DNA of 49,978 bases from Welwitschia mirabilis (Eukaryota). The notes beneath the pieces are model-generated. The model did not search any database and was not told the DNA's origin. It worked only from the letters and a program-made list of their open reading frames with translations. Both the position numbers and the translations under genes were made by a program. The stretch covers positions 5,293,456 through 5,343,433 of the forward strand of contig JBOZIK010000001.1 in the NCBI GenBank assembly GCA_051453625.1. Direction: 5' to 3'. Positions 49,915 to 49,978 of the stretch are shown piece after piece (the first letter of the stretch is position 1; the number at the start of each line of letters is the position of its first letter).

Positions 49915-49978
49915 TGTTAGGATCTTAATAGGCACCCTAGAGGGGGGTGAATAGGGTATCAAAATATTTAGCAGAATT
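49915..49978 (-). repeat. End of another Sirevirus LTR in reverse orientation, nested in copy 3 LTR
   Basis: TGTTAGGATC...CTAGAGGGGGGTGAATAGG is the reverse complement of the Sirevirus LTR terminal C-rich motif; continues past the window end. Confidence 0.8.

Overview
AT-rich plant (angiosperm-type) nuclear DNA from a gapped draft assembly, with no prokaryotic features. The first 3.6 kb holds part of a + strand host gene of the VIT1/CCC1 family (MEB/MEBL, 'membrane protein of ER body-like'). It has five tandemly duplicated ~485-bp exon+intron units, each with an open, symmetric phase-1 exon of 84-90 nt, followed by the conserved KSIVYGGL exon (3387-3602). I found no further exon of this gene by eye in the remaining ~46 kb, which is mostly decayed, nested transposons. 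These include a TSD-bounded Sirevirus (SIRE-clade Copia) with an env-like ORF (9759-17021), further Sirevirus copies, CRM-, Athila- and Tat-like Gypsy remnants, and a gag/protease-only (TR-GAG-like) element. There is also a hAT-type composite transposon (31974-34287, 8-bp TSD TACATGCC) that appears to have carried L1 and Copia fragments between two MITE ends into a Sirevirus gag. All TE classifications come from motifs recognised by eye; no database searches were run.
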